A stretch of 64,000 nucleotides of DNA from Planktothrix sp. GU0601_MAG3 (GCA_035193785.1 CP136572.1:544001-608000), one strand, 5' to 3'. Counted from the first letter of the stretch, positions 10,631 through 23,449 are shown. Numbers and translations are program-made. Notes: a model not told the origin generated them from the letters alone.

Positions 10631-10846
10631 GGGGGGGTAGGGGAGTAGGGGGAGCAGGGGGAGCAGGGGGAGCAGGGGGAGCGGGGAGAGCAGGGGGGGC
10701 AGGGGGAGCAGGGGGAGCAGGGGAGCAGGGGGAGCAGGGGGAGCAGGGGGAGCAGGGGGAGCAGGGGAGGTAAACTCTTTTTATTACCCATTACCCATTA
10801 CCCATTACCCATTACCCATTACCCATGCGTAATTCGTAATTCGTAA
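10631..10846. repeat. Composite tandem-repeat cassette, copy A
   Basis: (GGGGGAGCA)n, then GGTAAACTCTTTTTA, (TTACCCA)x6 and TGCGTAA(TTCGTAA)x2; lies between ftsY and the PP2C gene. Confidence 0.95.
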
Positions 10847-10854
10847 TTATTGAA

Positions 10855-12427
10855 CTAGCCACTGAGGAGGGCTTCAATAAACTCGTAGCTGGAAAACGGG
10901 CGCAAATCTTCGATATTTTCCCCAACTCCGATAAATCGAATCGGTAAGCCGAGTTGCTGGACAATCGCTAGGGCAACACCACCTTTAGCAGTTCCATCGA
11001 GTTTTGTCAAGACTACTCCACTCAATTGAGCTACTTCGGAAAACACTTCGGCTTGGCGCAAACCGTTTTGACCCAGGGTAGAATCCAATACTAACAAAGA
11101 TTGGATTTTAGCGGATGGAGCGCGTTTATCAATAACTCGACGGATTTTATTGAGTTCCTCCATTAAATTCTTTTTATTTTGCAGACGCCCGGCTGTATCA
11201 ATAATTAACAATTCCGTATTTCGAGATCGGGCTGCTTCGATCGCATCATAAACTACCGCCGCCGGATCGGTATTTTTTCCCGGGTTCGCCACGACTTCTA
11301 CCCCGGTGCGTTCCCCCCAGACCTTCACCTGATCAACGGCCGCCGCCCGAAAGGTATCTCCGGCGGCTATTAAACAACGATAATCGGATTTTTGGGCTAA
11401 ATGTGCTATTTTGCCAATTGTAGTGGTTTTACCCGCCCCATTGACTCCGGTAATTAACCAAATATTTAAGGTATCTTTTTCTGGTGCAAAGCTAATCGGA
11501 TAGCCCTGGGAAAAGGGTTTCTTCTAAAATTCCCCTTAATATTTGTTTCAGATAGGCGATCGCCTGTTCTGGGGGAAGGGCTTCTTGACGCAGTTTATTT
11601 TGTAGGGCTTCAATGACGCGATCGGTGGCTGCGACGCCTACATCCGCCTGCAATAGCATGGATTCAATTTCATCAACGGCCTGTTGATTTAATGGCCCTT
11701 GACCAACAATGGCTTTTAATTGGTTAAGTAAGTTGCGCCGTGTCCTTCCTAGGGCTTTCCAGAGTTTCTGTAACCAGGTAATTTCTTCCAGGGCCACTTG
11801 ATCGGGACGCCGACCTTGATCGGCTAAGACCTGGGCTGACCACATAAAGATCTCATCAAACACCATTCCCGCTTCCCCTGGGGCTGTTTGGCTGGTTTCG
11901 GGTTCCGGTTCAATGGCGGTTTCTTTCAGCCGTTCTAGGCGGGTTTGGCGTTCTGTGGTTGATTCTGCCCAAAAGGGAGCAGGGGGGGAGGGGGGAGTAG
12001 GGAGGGCAGGGGGGGCAGGGGGAGTAGGGGGAGCAGGGGGAGCAGGGGGAGCAGGGGGAGTAGGGGGGGAGGGGGGAGCAGGAATAGACTCTAAAACAGC
12101 TTCTAGTTCGGGTTCTGTCTCCTCAACTGCAATGGCTTCTACAGGGGTTTCAAGGGTCGTTTCTACTTCTTGAGTTTCCTCGGTTAAAACCGTCTGTTCA
12201 ACTTCCGGTTCAACTTCCGGTTCCGGTTGTTGTTGTTTTTGAATATTTTGATAAGCTGCCTTTGCCCACTGTAAATAATCTTCGGAAATTTGGGGTTTTT
12301 CTTCCGAAATATCGGCTGTTTCAGCAGGTTGATCTACCTTGACTGGTTCAGATTTAACCTCCGTTTCCGGTTGCTGATTTTGATCGGTTTTTTCATTAAA
12401 TTGACGACGAAACCAATTGAATACCAT
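10855..12427 (-). CDS. ftsY: Signal recognition particle receptor FtsY; frameshift near 11495
   Basis: MVFNWFRR N-terminus, acidic A domain, [13 protein letters not shown] (11410-11450), [26 protein letters not shown]. Confidence 0.95.
11974..12082. repeat. 9-bp GGGGGAGCA-type array inserted in frame in ftsY
   Basis: Encodes [36 protein letters not shown] in the FtsY A domain. Confidence 0.9.
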
Positions 12428-12462
12428 AGTTTTTTTTAATATCTAAGGATTGAAAAGTGCCG

Positions 12463-12727
12463 GCAGGGGGAGCAGGGGAGGCAGGGGGAGCAGGGGAGCG
12501 GGGGAGCAGGGGAAGCAGGGGGAGCAGGGGGAGCAGGGGGAGCAGGGGAGCAGGGGAGCAGGGGAGGTAAACTCTTTTTATTACCCATTACCCATTACCC
12601 ATTACCCATTACCCATTACCCATTACCCATTACCCATTACCCATTACCCATTACCCATTACCCATTACCCATTACCCATTACCCATTACCCATTACCCAT
12701 TACCCATTCGTAATTCGTAATTCGTAA
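12463..12727. repeat. Composite tandem-repeat cassette, copy B
   Basis: G-rich 8/9-mer array, GGTAAACTCTTTTTA, (TTACCCA)x18 at 12581-12706 and (TTCGTAA)x3, abutting the nusB stop codon. Confidence 0.95.
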
Positions 12728-13360
12728 TTACTCCAAAACGGTGGCGGTGGCTTTTAATTTATCGACAAATCGACGGAGAACGCCGTTAACGAAGCGATAA
12801 CTTTCTTCGTCACTGTAGCGTTTTGCCAGTTCAATGGCTTCATTGATTGCCACTTGTTCTTTTAAATCTAAATACATTAATTCGGCAACGGCAATGCGGA
12901 GAATATCGCGATCAATTCGGGGGAGTCGGTTGAGTTGCCAATCAACTAAGACGTCGGTTAATAACTGATCAATTTCAGCTTTATGGGTATTAACTTGAAT
13001 CAGAATATCAAGGGCATAACTACAGACTTCTTGTTGATTGGCTAATTGTACTAATTCCGGTAATTCAATGGCGGTACTCAAGCGATTGATTGCTCCTTGA
13101 ACTAAATCAATGGCTTCATAAACCATTGTTCTAGCACTTTGTAAATCATTAGCTCGAATTTGGCTATTTAAAAGGCGATCGCTACTGCGTTGTAGTTCAG
13201 AAACCGCCGTTTCTAAGGACTCCTGACCTTCAGCCGTTAAAGTCCTGACGGCGGCAATTAAAACATCATGTAATTCTTGAGTTTCTAGGCGCTCCGAAGT
13301 CGCAGGAAGTTGGCTAATTCCAAGTAAAGCGAGTTCACGGGCAGTACGACGGGCTTGCAT
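12728..13360 (-). CDS. nusB: Transcription antitermination factor NusB
   Basis: [46 protein letters not shown]. Confidence 0.95.
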   Translation of the reverse strand: MQARRTARELALLGISQLPATSERLETQELHDVLIAAVRTLTAEGQESLETAVSELQRSSDRLLNSQIRANDLQSARTMVYEAIDLVQGAINRLSTAIELPELVQLANQQEVCSYALDILIQVNTHKAEIDQLLTDVLVDWQLNRLPRIDRDILRIAVAELMYLDLKEQVAINEAIELAKRYSDEESYRFVNGVLRRFVDKLKATATVLE

Positions 13361-13393
13361 AAGTTTAAGAATTTAAGAATAAAGATTGTCCCT

Positions 13394-14144
13394 CTAATTT
13401 TCGCTGACCCCAATGCCCTCATCTTCTAGGACAATAGCTGGAATTCTATTTTCGCTTTTCAGCAGAGATTCTAATGGAGGTTCAGATTTGGGGTTAAGGA
13501 CTTTCAGTGTTGATGAAGATGTTGTGTTGACAATTCCACCGGATACGATAATTTTGAACGCATCTTCTACCGAGAGGGTCAGGTTAATGACCTCCTGCTG
13601 TGGAACAATAGCATACCATCCACTGGTGGGGTTTGGGGTCGTGGGAATAAACACACTAACCATTTCCCCGGGCAATTTGGACTGCATATCATCGCCCACA
13701 GACCCGGTGACAAAGGCTAGTGACCAAAGACCTCGACGGGGATATTCTACTAAGACAACACGGCTGAATTTATCGTTAGAATCTCGTAAAAGGGTTTCTA
13801 AAAGTTGTTTCAGGGTTTTGTAAACCGAACCCGCTAGGGGAATTGCTTGTAAGATTTTTTCACCAAAGCCCAAAAGCCATTGTCCCGCGATATTGCGGGC
13901 CATCAAACCGATAAATAATATCCCGGACAGGGGTACGGCTAACCCGACTAAAACATTCAGTAGGTTAACTAAAATCGGATGCAAACCATCAAAGGGATTA
14001 ATTTGCTTAGGAATACGGGTCAGAAACTCAATTACGGAAACTGGAGATGGTGATGGTCAACCAAATCGTGGTTGCTAGGGGAATCACGACCAACAGACCC
14101 GCAATTAAGTCGTTTTTTAAGTCCTGCTTCAAGCGTTGGAACAC
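13394..14144 (-). CDS. DUF502 membrane protein; frameshift near 14038
   Basis: GTG at 14144 gives FQRLKQDLKNDLIAGLLVVIPLATTIW; also VVLVEYPRRG and VFIPTTPNPTSG. Confidence 0.85.
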
Positions 14145-14234
14145 AGAGCGTCCAGTCTCCTTTTTTTTGGGTGTTTCTCTTTCCTATTATTAACGATTAT
14201 CGGTCTTTGCAGCTATCTATCTTGACGGAATGGG

Positions 14235-17200
14235 TCAATTACCCAGGGTTAACTGTCGAATCTGTTGAAATTGAAAATCCCGGGCTAAAGTCCTCAGACT
14301 GGTGGCTAAAGCTTGATGTTCGCGGGGAATTTGTTCAACTAAATGTAAAACTTCTTCTTCATCACAGAGGAGACAGGCTTCTTGTAGGGCGATAATCCAT
14401 TCCCTGGACATCACTAACAGACTTTTGGGGGTTAAGGGCGGGTTAACGGTGGATGAAAGAATGGAGGAACCGTGGGCGGAGGTGGTGGAGTCTGCATAGA
14501 CATATTTTAATTTTAAATATTCAGCCATTTTACTGAACAGTTCATCTTCTTGGAAGGGTTTACTCAAGTAGTCATTACATCCGGCTGATAAAGCTAAATT
14601 GCGATCGGTTTTGGAAGCATAGGCGGTTAAAGCGATAATCACGGTATTTTCACCCTGTAAACTCGCGCGAATTCGTTGGGTCGCCTCATAACCATTCATA
14701 ATCGGCATCCGAATATCCATCCAAATTAGATGGGGTTGCCATTCTTGCCATAAATGCAGGGCTTCTTGTCCATTTTCCGCTTCTTTAACCTGTAGGCCGA
14801 TTTGAGTTAATAATTTGATCATTAGTTGGCGATTTTCGGGTTGATCATCCACCACTAAAATTTTATATTCTGGTTGACCCGCAGCTAAACTTAAGACCTG
14901 GCGACTAATTTCTGGGGATTTAATTTGGCTGCTCTGGGTTACTAAGATGGGAATTTCAAACCAAAATATACTCCCGACCCCCAGGGTACTTTTTACCCCC
15001 AAATTTCCCCCGATTAACTCAACAAATTTCCGCGTAATTGTTAATCCTAAACCTGTCCCTTCTAGGGCTTTCTTACCCGATTGACTTTGAATAAAAGCAT
15101 CAAAAATATTATTCAATTCCGCTTCAGCAATTCCCACTCCCGTATCCTCAATTTCAAATCTAAGAATTAGATTTTGGCCGTTGACCGTTGAAGGTGGGCG
15201 GTTAGTTATTGACCTTTGAATCTTAGGTGTTAACTGTTTATATTCAGTAAGTGAGGGCGCACTAATATCACAGGACTGACGCCAACGCACTACCTCCCCC
15301 ACTCCCCCTGCTTCCCCTGCTTCCCCTGCTCCCCCCGCTCCCCCTGCTCCCCCTGCTCCCCCTGCTCCCCCTGCTCCCCCTGCCCCCCCTGCTCCCCCTG
15401 CTCCCCCACTTCCCCTGCTCCCCTGCTCCCCCACCTCCCCCTGAACCCAAGATACAGTTAAACTCACCGCTCCTTTCTGGGTAAATTTAATCGCGTTTCC
15501 TAAAATATTAATTAAAATTTGGCGAAGTTTATTGGGGTCTGTGATGATATATTGAGGAACGTTCGGTTGAATATTCAGACAAAATTTTAAGCCTTTGGTT
15601 TCGACTCGTAAACGGAACATTTCCCAAATGGATAAAATTAAATAATTCAAATCAAAGGTACTTTCGTCGCAGGTCATCCGCCCGGCTTCTATTTTAGATA
15701 AATCTAAAACATTATTGATTAAATGGAGCAGATAATCACCACTGCGGCGAATAATTTCTAAATTTTCTTGTTGATAGGTAGGAAGGGCAGAATCATGGCT
15801 CATTAGTTGAGCAAATCCCAAAATTGCATTTAAAGGAGTTCTTAACTCATGACTCATATTAGCAATAAAAATACTTTTAGTTTTATTCGCAACTTCTGCG
15901 GAGTTTTTGGCTTTTTGCAGTTCTAATTCTACTTGTTTGCGATCGCTAATATCTAAAACTGTACCAAACAGTTGTACAATTTTTCCCTGCTCATCTCTGA
16001 CTCCTTCTCCCCGCACTTCTAAATATCGAATTGAAACCATCGGTGCGAATAATACGATAATCGAGTTCATAGGAAATTCCCGATTGAATCGCTTGTTTAA
16101 TATGATGTTCAATATTCCGAAGATCTTCAGGATGAACATACTGTAAATACTCCACATAACTCGATTCAGTCCGGGTTTTTTCTAATCCAAAAATCCTTAA
16201 CATTTCCTCTGACCAACTCACTTTCTGAGTGGCGACGTCAAATTTCCAATTGCCAATATGAGCAATGCGTTGAGCTTCCACTAGGGCTTCCTCACTTTGT
16301 CGCAATTTTTCTTCAGCAATTTTTAGTTCGGTTAAATTTCTAATACTAATCACAACCCCAGAAATATTCTGATTTAGTTCATAATAAGGGGCGTAGGTAA
16401 TACTCAAAAATTGATGTCTTAAAGAGGGTAAATCTGACCAACAATGGTAATGAATCACTTCTCCCGCTAAACACTTTTCTAAGTTGGGTTTCATAATCTT
16501 TTCAAATTGGTCTTGACCGACAAAATCCATCACTGGACGACCCATTAATGCTTCTAAAACTTGATGATAAAGATTCAAATAAGCCGGGTTTGCTAACTGA
16601 TAGCTATAATTACGATCAATCAAACAAATTTGATCCGTTGTCGCCGCCACAATTCTCTCATAACGGCGTAAGGCTTCCTCTGTGCGTTTGCGTTCACTAA
16701 TATCTTCACAAATTCCCATGGCGGCAATAATTTGACCTTGGGAATTCCTAACTAAAGCAGTCGATAAACTAATATCAATTAAAGATCCATCTTTGCGTAG
16801 ACGTTTGGTTTCTACTTGGCTTAAGGTATTAGCTGAAAAAGTATTTTCCACTATTTGTTGAAGTTCTACTTGAGAATCCGGGGGAATTATCGGTAATTTT
16901 TTACCCCTGACTTCCTGAAAATTCCAACCAAAAATCCGTTCCGCCGCCGGATTCCAGACTAATATATTACCATTATGATCAATAACATCAATCGCCACGG
17001 GAGCCGCTTGAATGGTGGCTTGTAATAAGTCATTAATTGCCTGTAAGGTGGCTTCAGTTTGTTTCCGTTCTGTGATATCTTGATAAACTGTTAAAAATAG
17101 TTCTCCCCATTCATCTGCTAATAATACTGTTGAAATTAATAGGGTTTTAGTTTCTCCTGATTTGGTGATAATCGTGGTTTCAATATTATGTAATGTCCCT

Positions 17201-18807
17201 TGATGAATCACCTGTTGTAACCGTTCCCCCGCCCGTTGATAGGCTAGATTATTAGGATAAAGTAACCGCATAAAATCGGGATGACTTTCCGTGTCTTCTA
17301 AACCATATCCAGTGATTTTTTCTATTTGAGAATTAAAGATTAAAAATTCTCCTTTAGAATTACTTAATGTGATTCCATTGCCAATAGTTTCAATCACCGT
17401 TTGTAATCGTCTTTGGGTAATTTGAAGTTCAGATTGGGCTTTTTTACGATCATTAATATCAACCCAATACCCCACGATTTCTAAGGGTTTACCTTTTTTA
17501 TCTCTAACTAATCGCATTTGCATATCTAACCAATGATAGGTACGATCTGCGTGTAGAAATCGATATTCATAATTGAAGACATCTCGCTTTAAAATATGCT
17601 CTAATCCCGATCGTAAAAGTTTAATATCTTCAGGATGAACATGGTGTAACCAAAAACCGGGATTTCTGAGAAATTCATGGGCGTAATAACCCAATAAATG
17701 ATGGACATTCTCACTGATAAAAGTAATTTCATATTCCCCTCCTTGTTGACAACTAAAAATCACGGCGGGACTCACAGTTAATAGATATTGTAACCGTTCA
17801 CTGACGGATCGTAATTCTAATTCCACTCGTTTCCGTTCGGTAATATCTAATAACACTCCACCGACGCCAGAAGCACTACTATTAATATTGGTAGATAGGG
17901 GAAAAAATGAAGCCATCCAATAACTACGAACCCCGGGACAATTATATTCACCACTAATTTCTAAATCTAAAATTGGTTCGCCTTTACTTAATACTTCATC
18001 ACAGACAAATTCTAAAATTGTGGTATATTCAGAAAATACATCTTGAATCGATTGACCAATATGAGTATGAGCCGGAATCCGGTGCATTTTTGCGATTGAA
18101 TTATTAACTTTGATAAACTTTTTTTGATCATCTAAAATTAATAATCCGGCGGGAGCACAGGCAAAAAAAGCATCTAACCAGGATTCTCGTTGGGCTAATT
18201 CTTCTTCCAGTTGTTTCCGGTGAGTGATATCTTGAACTTGGGTAATAAAATATAAGGGATTTGCTTGATGATCTCGAATAATAGTCGCACTGAGTAAAGT
18301 CCAAATAATCTGTCCCTGTTTATGGATATATCGTTTCTCAAGCTGATAGGTTTGGATTTGATTATTTAATAGGCTATGGAGATACTGGGTGTCTGTTGCT
18401 AAATCATCGGGATGGGTAATGGTTTGAAAACTTAAATTGAGTAATTCTGATTGGGTATAGCCGACGATTTCACATAGGGCTTGATTAACCCGTAACCACT
18501 GACCATTTAGACCCAAAATTGCCATACCAATTGAGGCACTTTCAAAGATACTTCTAAATTGTTTTTCACTTTGGAGCAGATGGGTTTCCCGTTTATAGAT
18601 TAAGAAAATCAAGCCACTCAAAATCAAAATAATAATGTTATAAATCAGATAAATCAGAATATCATCAGTGAAAATAAACTGACTAATACCACCGACAAAA
18701 ATCAGCAATATTAAACAAAAAATTAATCCATTAATCGAGATATAAAAATCTTTGAGATCTGTTAAAAGTTGAGTAGGATTTGATGAAAATGATTGTTTAT
18801 TACCCAT
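14235..18807 (-). CDS. Membrane-anchored multi-PAS/PAC hybrid histidine kinase with receiver domain; frameshift near 16030
   Basis: Two N-terminal TM helices, about 7 PAS/PAC repeats, H-box [17 protein letters not shown]-box NAIKFT, G-boxes DTGVGI and GTGLGL, receiver ILVVDD...WMDIRMP. Confidence 0.9.
15170..15443. repeat. In-frame pile-up of repeats inside the HATPase domain
   Basis: (CCCCCTGCT)n array at 15293-15443 encoding a GGA-rich stretch, a CAGGACTGACGC TIR-like motif at 15271 and CCGTTGA heptamers at 15178-15191. Confidence 0.8.
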
Positions 18808-18869
18808 CAGAACACCTGCCCTTTTCGGTGAATATGGTTAGAATTATCTGAGTGAAAAAACGGTTGACA

Positions 18870-20388
18870 TTAAGAATGGCAGACAATATTTTTACCTTTA
18901 TTTTTAGCTTTATATAAGGCTTTATCTGCTTTTTTAATTAACATTTGTGGTGCTTCATCCTCCAGAGGAATTAAACTACTAACCCCTAAACTTAGGGTGA
19001 TTACACCCTGTCCGGGGGATGTTTCATGGCATAATTGCAAATTATAAACGGAGTCTCGAATGGTTTCTGCCACTTGTATCGCCCCGGTTAGGGAGGTATT
19101 TGGGAGAATCACGGCAAATTCTTCCCCACCATAACGGGCGACTAAATCCGCCGGCCGTTTGAGAGTTTGATGAAGGGCACGGGCAACTTTTTTTAAACAA
19201 TCATCCCCGGCTAAATGACCATAGGTATCGTTATATAATTTGAAATAGTCAATATCAGCTAAAATCAGGGAGAGGGGAAGTTTTTCCCGTCGGAGTCTTA
19301 GCCATTCTTGTTCTAAAACTTGATCAAATCTTCGCCGATTTGCTACTTGAGTTAAACCGTCTAAATTAGCTAGATTTTCTAATTCTCGATTAACTTGATG
19401 TAGTTGTTGATAGAGTTGGGATTGCTCGATTGCGATCGCTAATTGATCCGTGACCACTACGGCTAATTCTACATCGGTTTCCGACCAGGGAACAGAGTAA
19501 TGTCGAACAATGCTTAAACTTCCCCAAGCATCTCCATCAGAATAGACAGGAATTGGCAACCAAATTCTCGAATATTGTTCAATTAAATCCTGATGACAGG
19601 GATCAATAACTGTTTCTGGATCTTTCACACAAAAGGTTTGTAATAATTGTAGACGTTCTGTTAATAAACAACCGGGATTAGATAATTTAGTATTAATTAA
19701 TTTAGCTAGATCAGAATTGGGGAAATATTCAACAATGGGTTGCCAGCTATCGGATTGAGATTGAGATAAATGTTGAACAATTGCCACCCAATCTGCCTGT
19801 AATAGTTGACCAATTTCGGTGACCGCCGTAGAAAATACGGTTGATATTTCCAGGGAATTACGAATCGCTCGAATTACTCGATTTAAGGCTTGTTCCCGTT
19901 GATATTGTAACCTTAAAGCCTCTTGAGCCTGTTCCCGTTCTAAAATTTCAAGCTCAAGTTGTTTTTTGTGCCATTGAATGGTGAGTTGATTTTTTACCCG
20001 AGCTAATACTTCTTCAACCTGAAAAGGTTTAGTAATATAATCTGAAACCTCCTACGCTAAATGCTTTAACCTTATCTAAGCCATCGCTTAAAGCACTGAG
20101 AAAGATAATCGGAATATCCCGAGTTATCAGATCCTTTTTTAAGATTTGACACAATTGATAACCCGATAAATCGGGCATGAGAATATCTAGTAAAATCAAG
20201 TCGGGAGGGCTCTTTTTAATGGTCTCCAGAGCTTCGTAACCATTACTAACGGCCCGAACTTTATAGCCATTTTCTCGCAGGAGATTGACCAAGAGCCTTA
20301 AATTTGCTAGTGTATCATCAATAACTAGCAAATCTGCCCTGGGTGCAAAATTATAAGATACATACATTCGCTCTAGTTCAGCTAACAT
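18870..20388 (-). CDS. Receiver-GAF-GGDEF diguanylate cyclase; frameshift near 20040
   Basis: Receiver LLVIDD..PDLILLDILMP, a GAF region, DGLTQVANRRRF, I-site RPAD and ARYGGEEF. Confidence 0.9.
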
Positions 20389-20888
20389 AATAAACCTCAG
20401 ATTAAATTGTAGTTAATCCACTTATCTGAGATTGCTCTCCATTATACCCAGATTAGAGACCCTGGTTTGATTATTTATTCTATCTTAATCTGTTCTGAAC
20501 CAAAGTAAAGTTAACCATTCTCCAAAGGTATAGGTTTAAATTATTTTTATTTAGTTTACTGGGACTCCCCGAAACTTTGTGTAATCTGGGCAAAAATTTT
20601 ATCCTGGTATTTACTATGAATTATTGCCCATTGGCAAAATCCTAAACATAAATTTCTCAAATCAACAGCCCTTTTATTAGTAATAGGTACAATCTTAGGA
20701 ATCGGTTTCAGGAATTATAGCACTACGCATTACAGCCAGGATAATTCTAAATCCAGCAAACTCATTCACTATTGTAAAATTAATGTGAAGATATGATCAA
20801 ATATTGCCAATGATCTGAAATCAAGCTATAATGTTGGCACGGGTGTTATTACTCAGGGCATCTAACAGTTTATTAGGTCAGGAAAAAA

Positions 20889-23160
20889 TTGATTAGCAAA
20901 TCTTATCACACTTCCGGCCTGTCTACGGGTAGCTCCTTTTCTAATTCCTTGGGAGTGACAGCAGAGGTTATCCATGAGTTTTTCCTGCATGGAGTACAAA
21001 CCTCCAGTCCAGAAGCCGTTTTGGATAGCTTTGAACAACTATTCTTTTACCTGCTGTGTCCAAGCCAGCCAGAGGTAAAAGGGGCGTTAGAAAAGATTTT
21101 GAGTGAGGAAACCGGGGAATCTTGCTTTCACTCGACGATTCAAAGATGTTGCTATATTCTGATTAATAATTGGCTACTTAAACGTCAACAAAGGTTGATT
21201 CAAAACCTGTTCCAAATATTATCAAACCCTCCCGACGTTAATCAGACTTGTTTGTCAGTTCAAGAAAACCGACTAACTATATGGCTGCACAAATTTTTAA
21301 GCAGTGAAAATTATCAAAAATTACTCCAATGTGCGAATTTTGATCGAAATAATTGGAGTAGCCGTTATCAATCCTATTTATTAGTTCCTCAATATCTTAA
21401 TCCTCGCAGTTCTAGGGAACAAAAAGAAGTCGCTCGCAATTTATCAAAACAGCTTAAAGATAAATATAAATTTGATTTGGCGATGTATATTACCCGTTTA
21501 GACTCTCCCTCGGGTAAAAATCACAAACTGCATAATCCCACCAAACTCGGGGATGAGGTGATTAATTTAATTAAACAAACAATTTCTACTCAGCGTGTGT
21601 TTAATTATGGCACTCAGGCTAACTTGTTTTTACAAAATACTCAAGATTTTAATTATCAAAGATTTAAACAATGTTTGCCACAATATTTGATGTTTAATCT
21701 GAGTCAGCAGTATCCGGCGAATGTTCTCAGGGAAAAAATAGAAGAAAAACTGCAATCTCTTTACCGTATCCACGATGATAAAACTATTAATCAGGCTCTA
21801 ATTATTAGAACCTGTAACCGACTGCTGGAGTTTTTACTGCTGGAAACCGGGGAAAGACCCCTCGTTTTTATTTAATTTAATGATTCGTCGGGGAAGTCAA
21901 CTGACTTTAGTAATTTTACTGCTGAAATTAGTATTATTAGGGAGTCCCTGTCGAACCTATTTAGATATTTGTATTGCCAATTTGGTTCAATTCTATCAAG
22001 ACCATGCGGAATTACGGTGTCAGGGCCTAATTCAATTTTTAGAAATTTTTAATTTAGTTTTTACCCTATTTACAGAAAATATTCAATATTTTTTAGTCAA
22101 AACTAAAGATTTAGATCCCGTAACTCAGTCGGGAACAGAATTGGACACCTATCGTTTATTTTGTCAATTTAAAGGGCCAGATTTACGCCATACCAATCCC
22201 AAAGAAATTGAGTTAAAAGGTCGGGATTTACGCAGTGCAGATTTGCGCGATACAGATTTAAAATCTATCAAACTCATTCGAGTAGATTTAAGTCTGGCTA
22301 AACTCAGCCATGCGGATTTAAGTCAAGGAATTTTTACAGAAACTAAATTTTTTATTTCTAATCTTAATTATACGAATCTTACCCATGCTGATTTAGTCAA
22401 AACAGATTTTCGTCGGGCTGAATTGAAGCACGCCAATTTAAACGCTACAAATTTGCAACAAGCTAATTTTAATCGTGCTGATTTAAGATGGGCTACTATC
22501 ACAAAAGCGAATTTACAAGAAGCGAATTTAGAAAATACTGATTTAACTGAAGTGGATTTATCGGCATCAAATTTACAAGGGGCTAACCTGAATCGAGCTA
22601 ATTTAAAAGGAGCTAATTTAAAAGGGACTAACTTAAAAGGGGCTAATTTGAAAAGAGCGAATCTGGAGGGGGTAAATCTGGAGGGGGCAAATCTGGAGGG
22701 GGCAAATCTGGAGGGGGCGAATCTGGAAAATTCTAATTTAAAAGATGCTATTTTAGAGCGAGCAATTTTATCTCAAGCCAATCTACAATCCACAGATTTA
22801 TCTAATGTAAATTTCATGGCTGCCATGGTTAATCAAGCCAATTTAAGTCAATCGATTTTAGTTAAAGCCCAACTGAGAGATACTAATTTAGCTCAAAGTA
22901 ATCTGAGTTATGCTGATTTAACAAAAGTAGATTTAACTCGGGCTAATTTAATGCAGGTTGATTTTACTTGTGCGTCCTTAAGGGATGCAATTGTTCGTCA
23001 TACTAATCTCAAAGATGCTATTTTATTATACGCCGATTTACAGGGTGCTAATCTGTTTTGCAGTGGGATTTCCCAAGCACAAATTGTGGGGGTTAAATTA
23101 GGGAATAATGCGGGATTATCAGATCAAACTCGCATTTTCCTAAATGGACAGGAGATTTAA
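20889..23160 (+). CDS. Uncharacterised helical domain fused to a long pentapeptide-repeat domain; frameshift near 21870
   Basis: C-terminal A(N/D)LxG repeats over ~300 aa. The two ORFs abut at a T/A-rich tract and read as one protein. Confidence 0.75.
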
Positions 23161-23169
23161 TTCAACAAC

Positions 23170-23330
23170 GTAGTAAGGCGTTTCACGCCTCTATGTAGTA
23201 AGGCGTTCACGCCTCTATGTAGTAAGGCGTTCACGCCTCTATGTAGTAAGGCGTTCACGCCTCTATGTAGTAAGGCGTTCACGCCTCTATGCACAACAAC
23301 GGGTAGAGACGCGCCGTGGCTCGTCTCTAC
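23170..23330. repeat. Five tandem GTAG-type palindromic units plus one solo REP-like hairpin
   Basis: GTAGTAAGGCGTTCACGCCTCTAT x5 (23170-23290), then GTAGAGACGCGCCGTGGCTCGTCTCTAC (23303-23330). Confidence 0.9.
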
Positions 23331-23344
23331 TCTGGGGGGTAGAA

Positions 23345-23449
23345 TTAAATCAGTTTAACTGCACGCAGGGTAAACATGATTCCTGCGGCTGCAACTAAAG
23401 CACCCACATAAATGATAACGTAGGCGATCGCGCCATCGGCTGTAATCAT
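23345..23449 (-). CDS. petL: Cytochrome b6f subunit 6 (PetL); below the ORF-track size cutoff
   Basis: Manual translation gives MITADGAIAYVIIYVGALVAAAGIMFTLRAVKLI*: one TM helix, a LRxVKLI C-terminus and a GGAG RBS, divergent from aroB. Confidence 0.85.
   Translation of the reverse strand: MITADGAIAYVIIYVGALVAAAGIMFTLRAVKLI

Noticed and set aside
12450..12713. ORFs reading GEQG/YPLPITH (also 46881-47129, 46874-47074, 15268-15450, 11913-12173)
   Set aside because: They are translations of the tandem-repeat cassettes or antisense to real genes.
14072..14395. Plus-strand 107-aa ORF and similar short antisense ORFs (e.g. 13413-13823, 24974-25279, 33500-33811, 46260-46637)
   Set aside because: They overlap well-supported genes and have no recognisable motifs.
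22560..22740. 15-bp tandem DNA repeats (AATCTGGAGGGGGCA)
   Set aside because: Explained by pentapeptide-repeat coding (ANLEG).
23170..23290. Possible CRISPR array
   Set aside because: The units are directly adjacent with no unique spacers, and there are no cas genes in the window.
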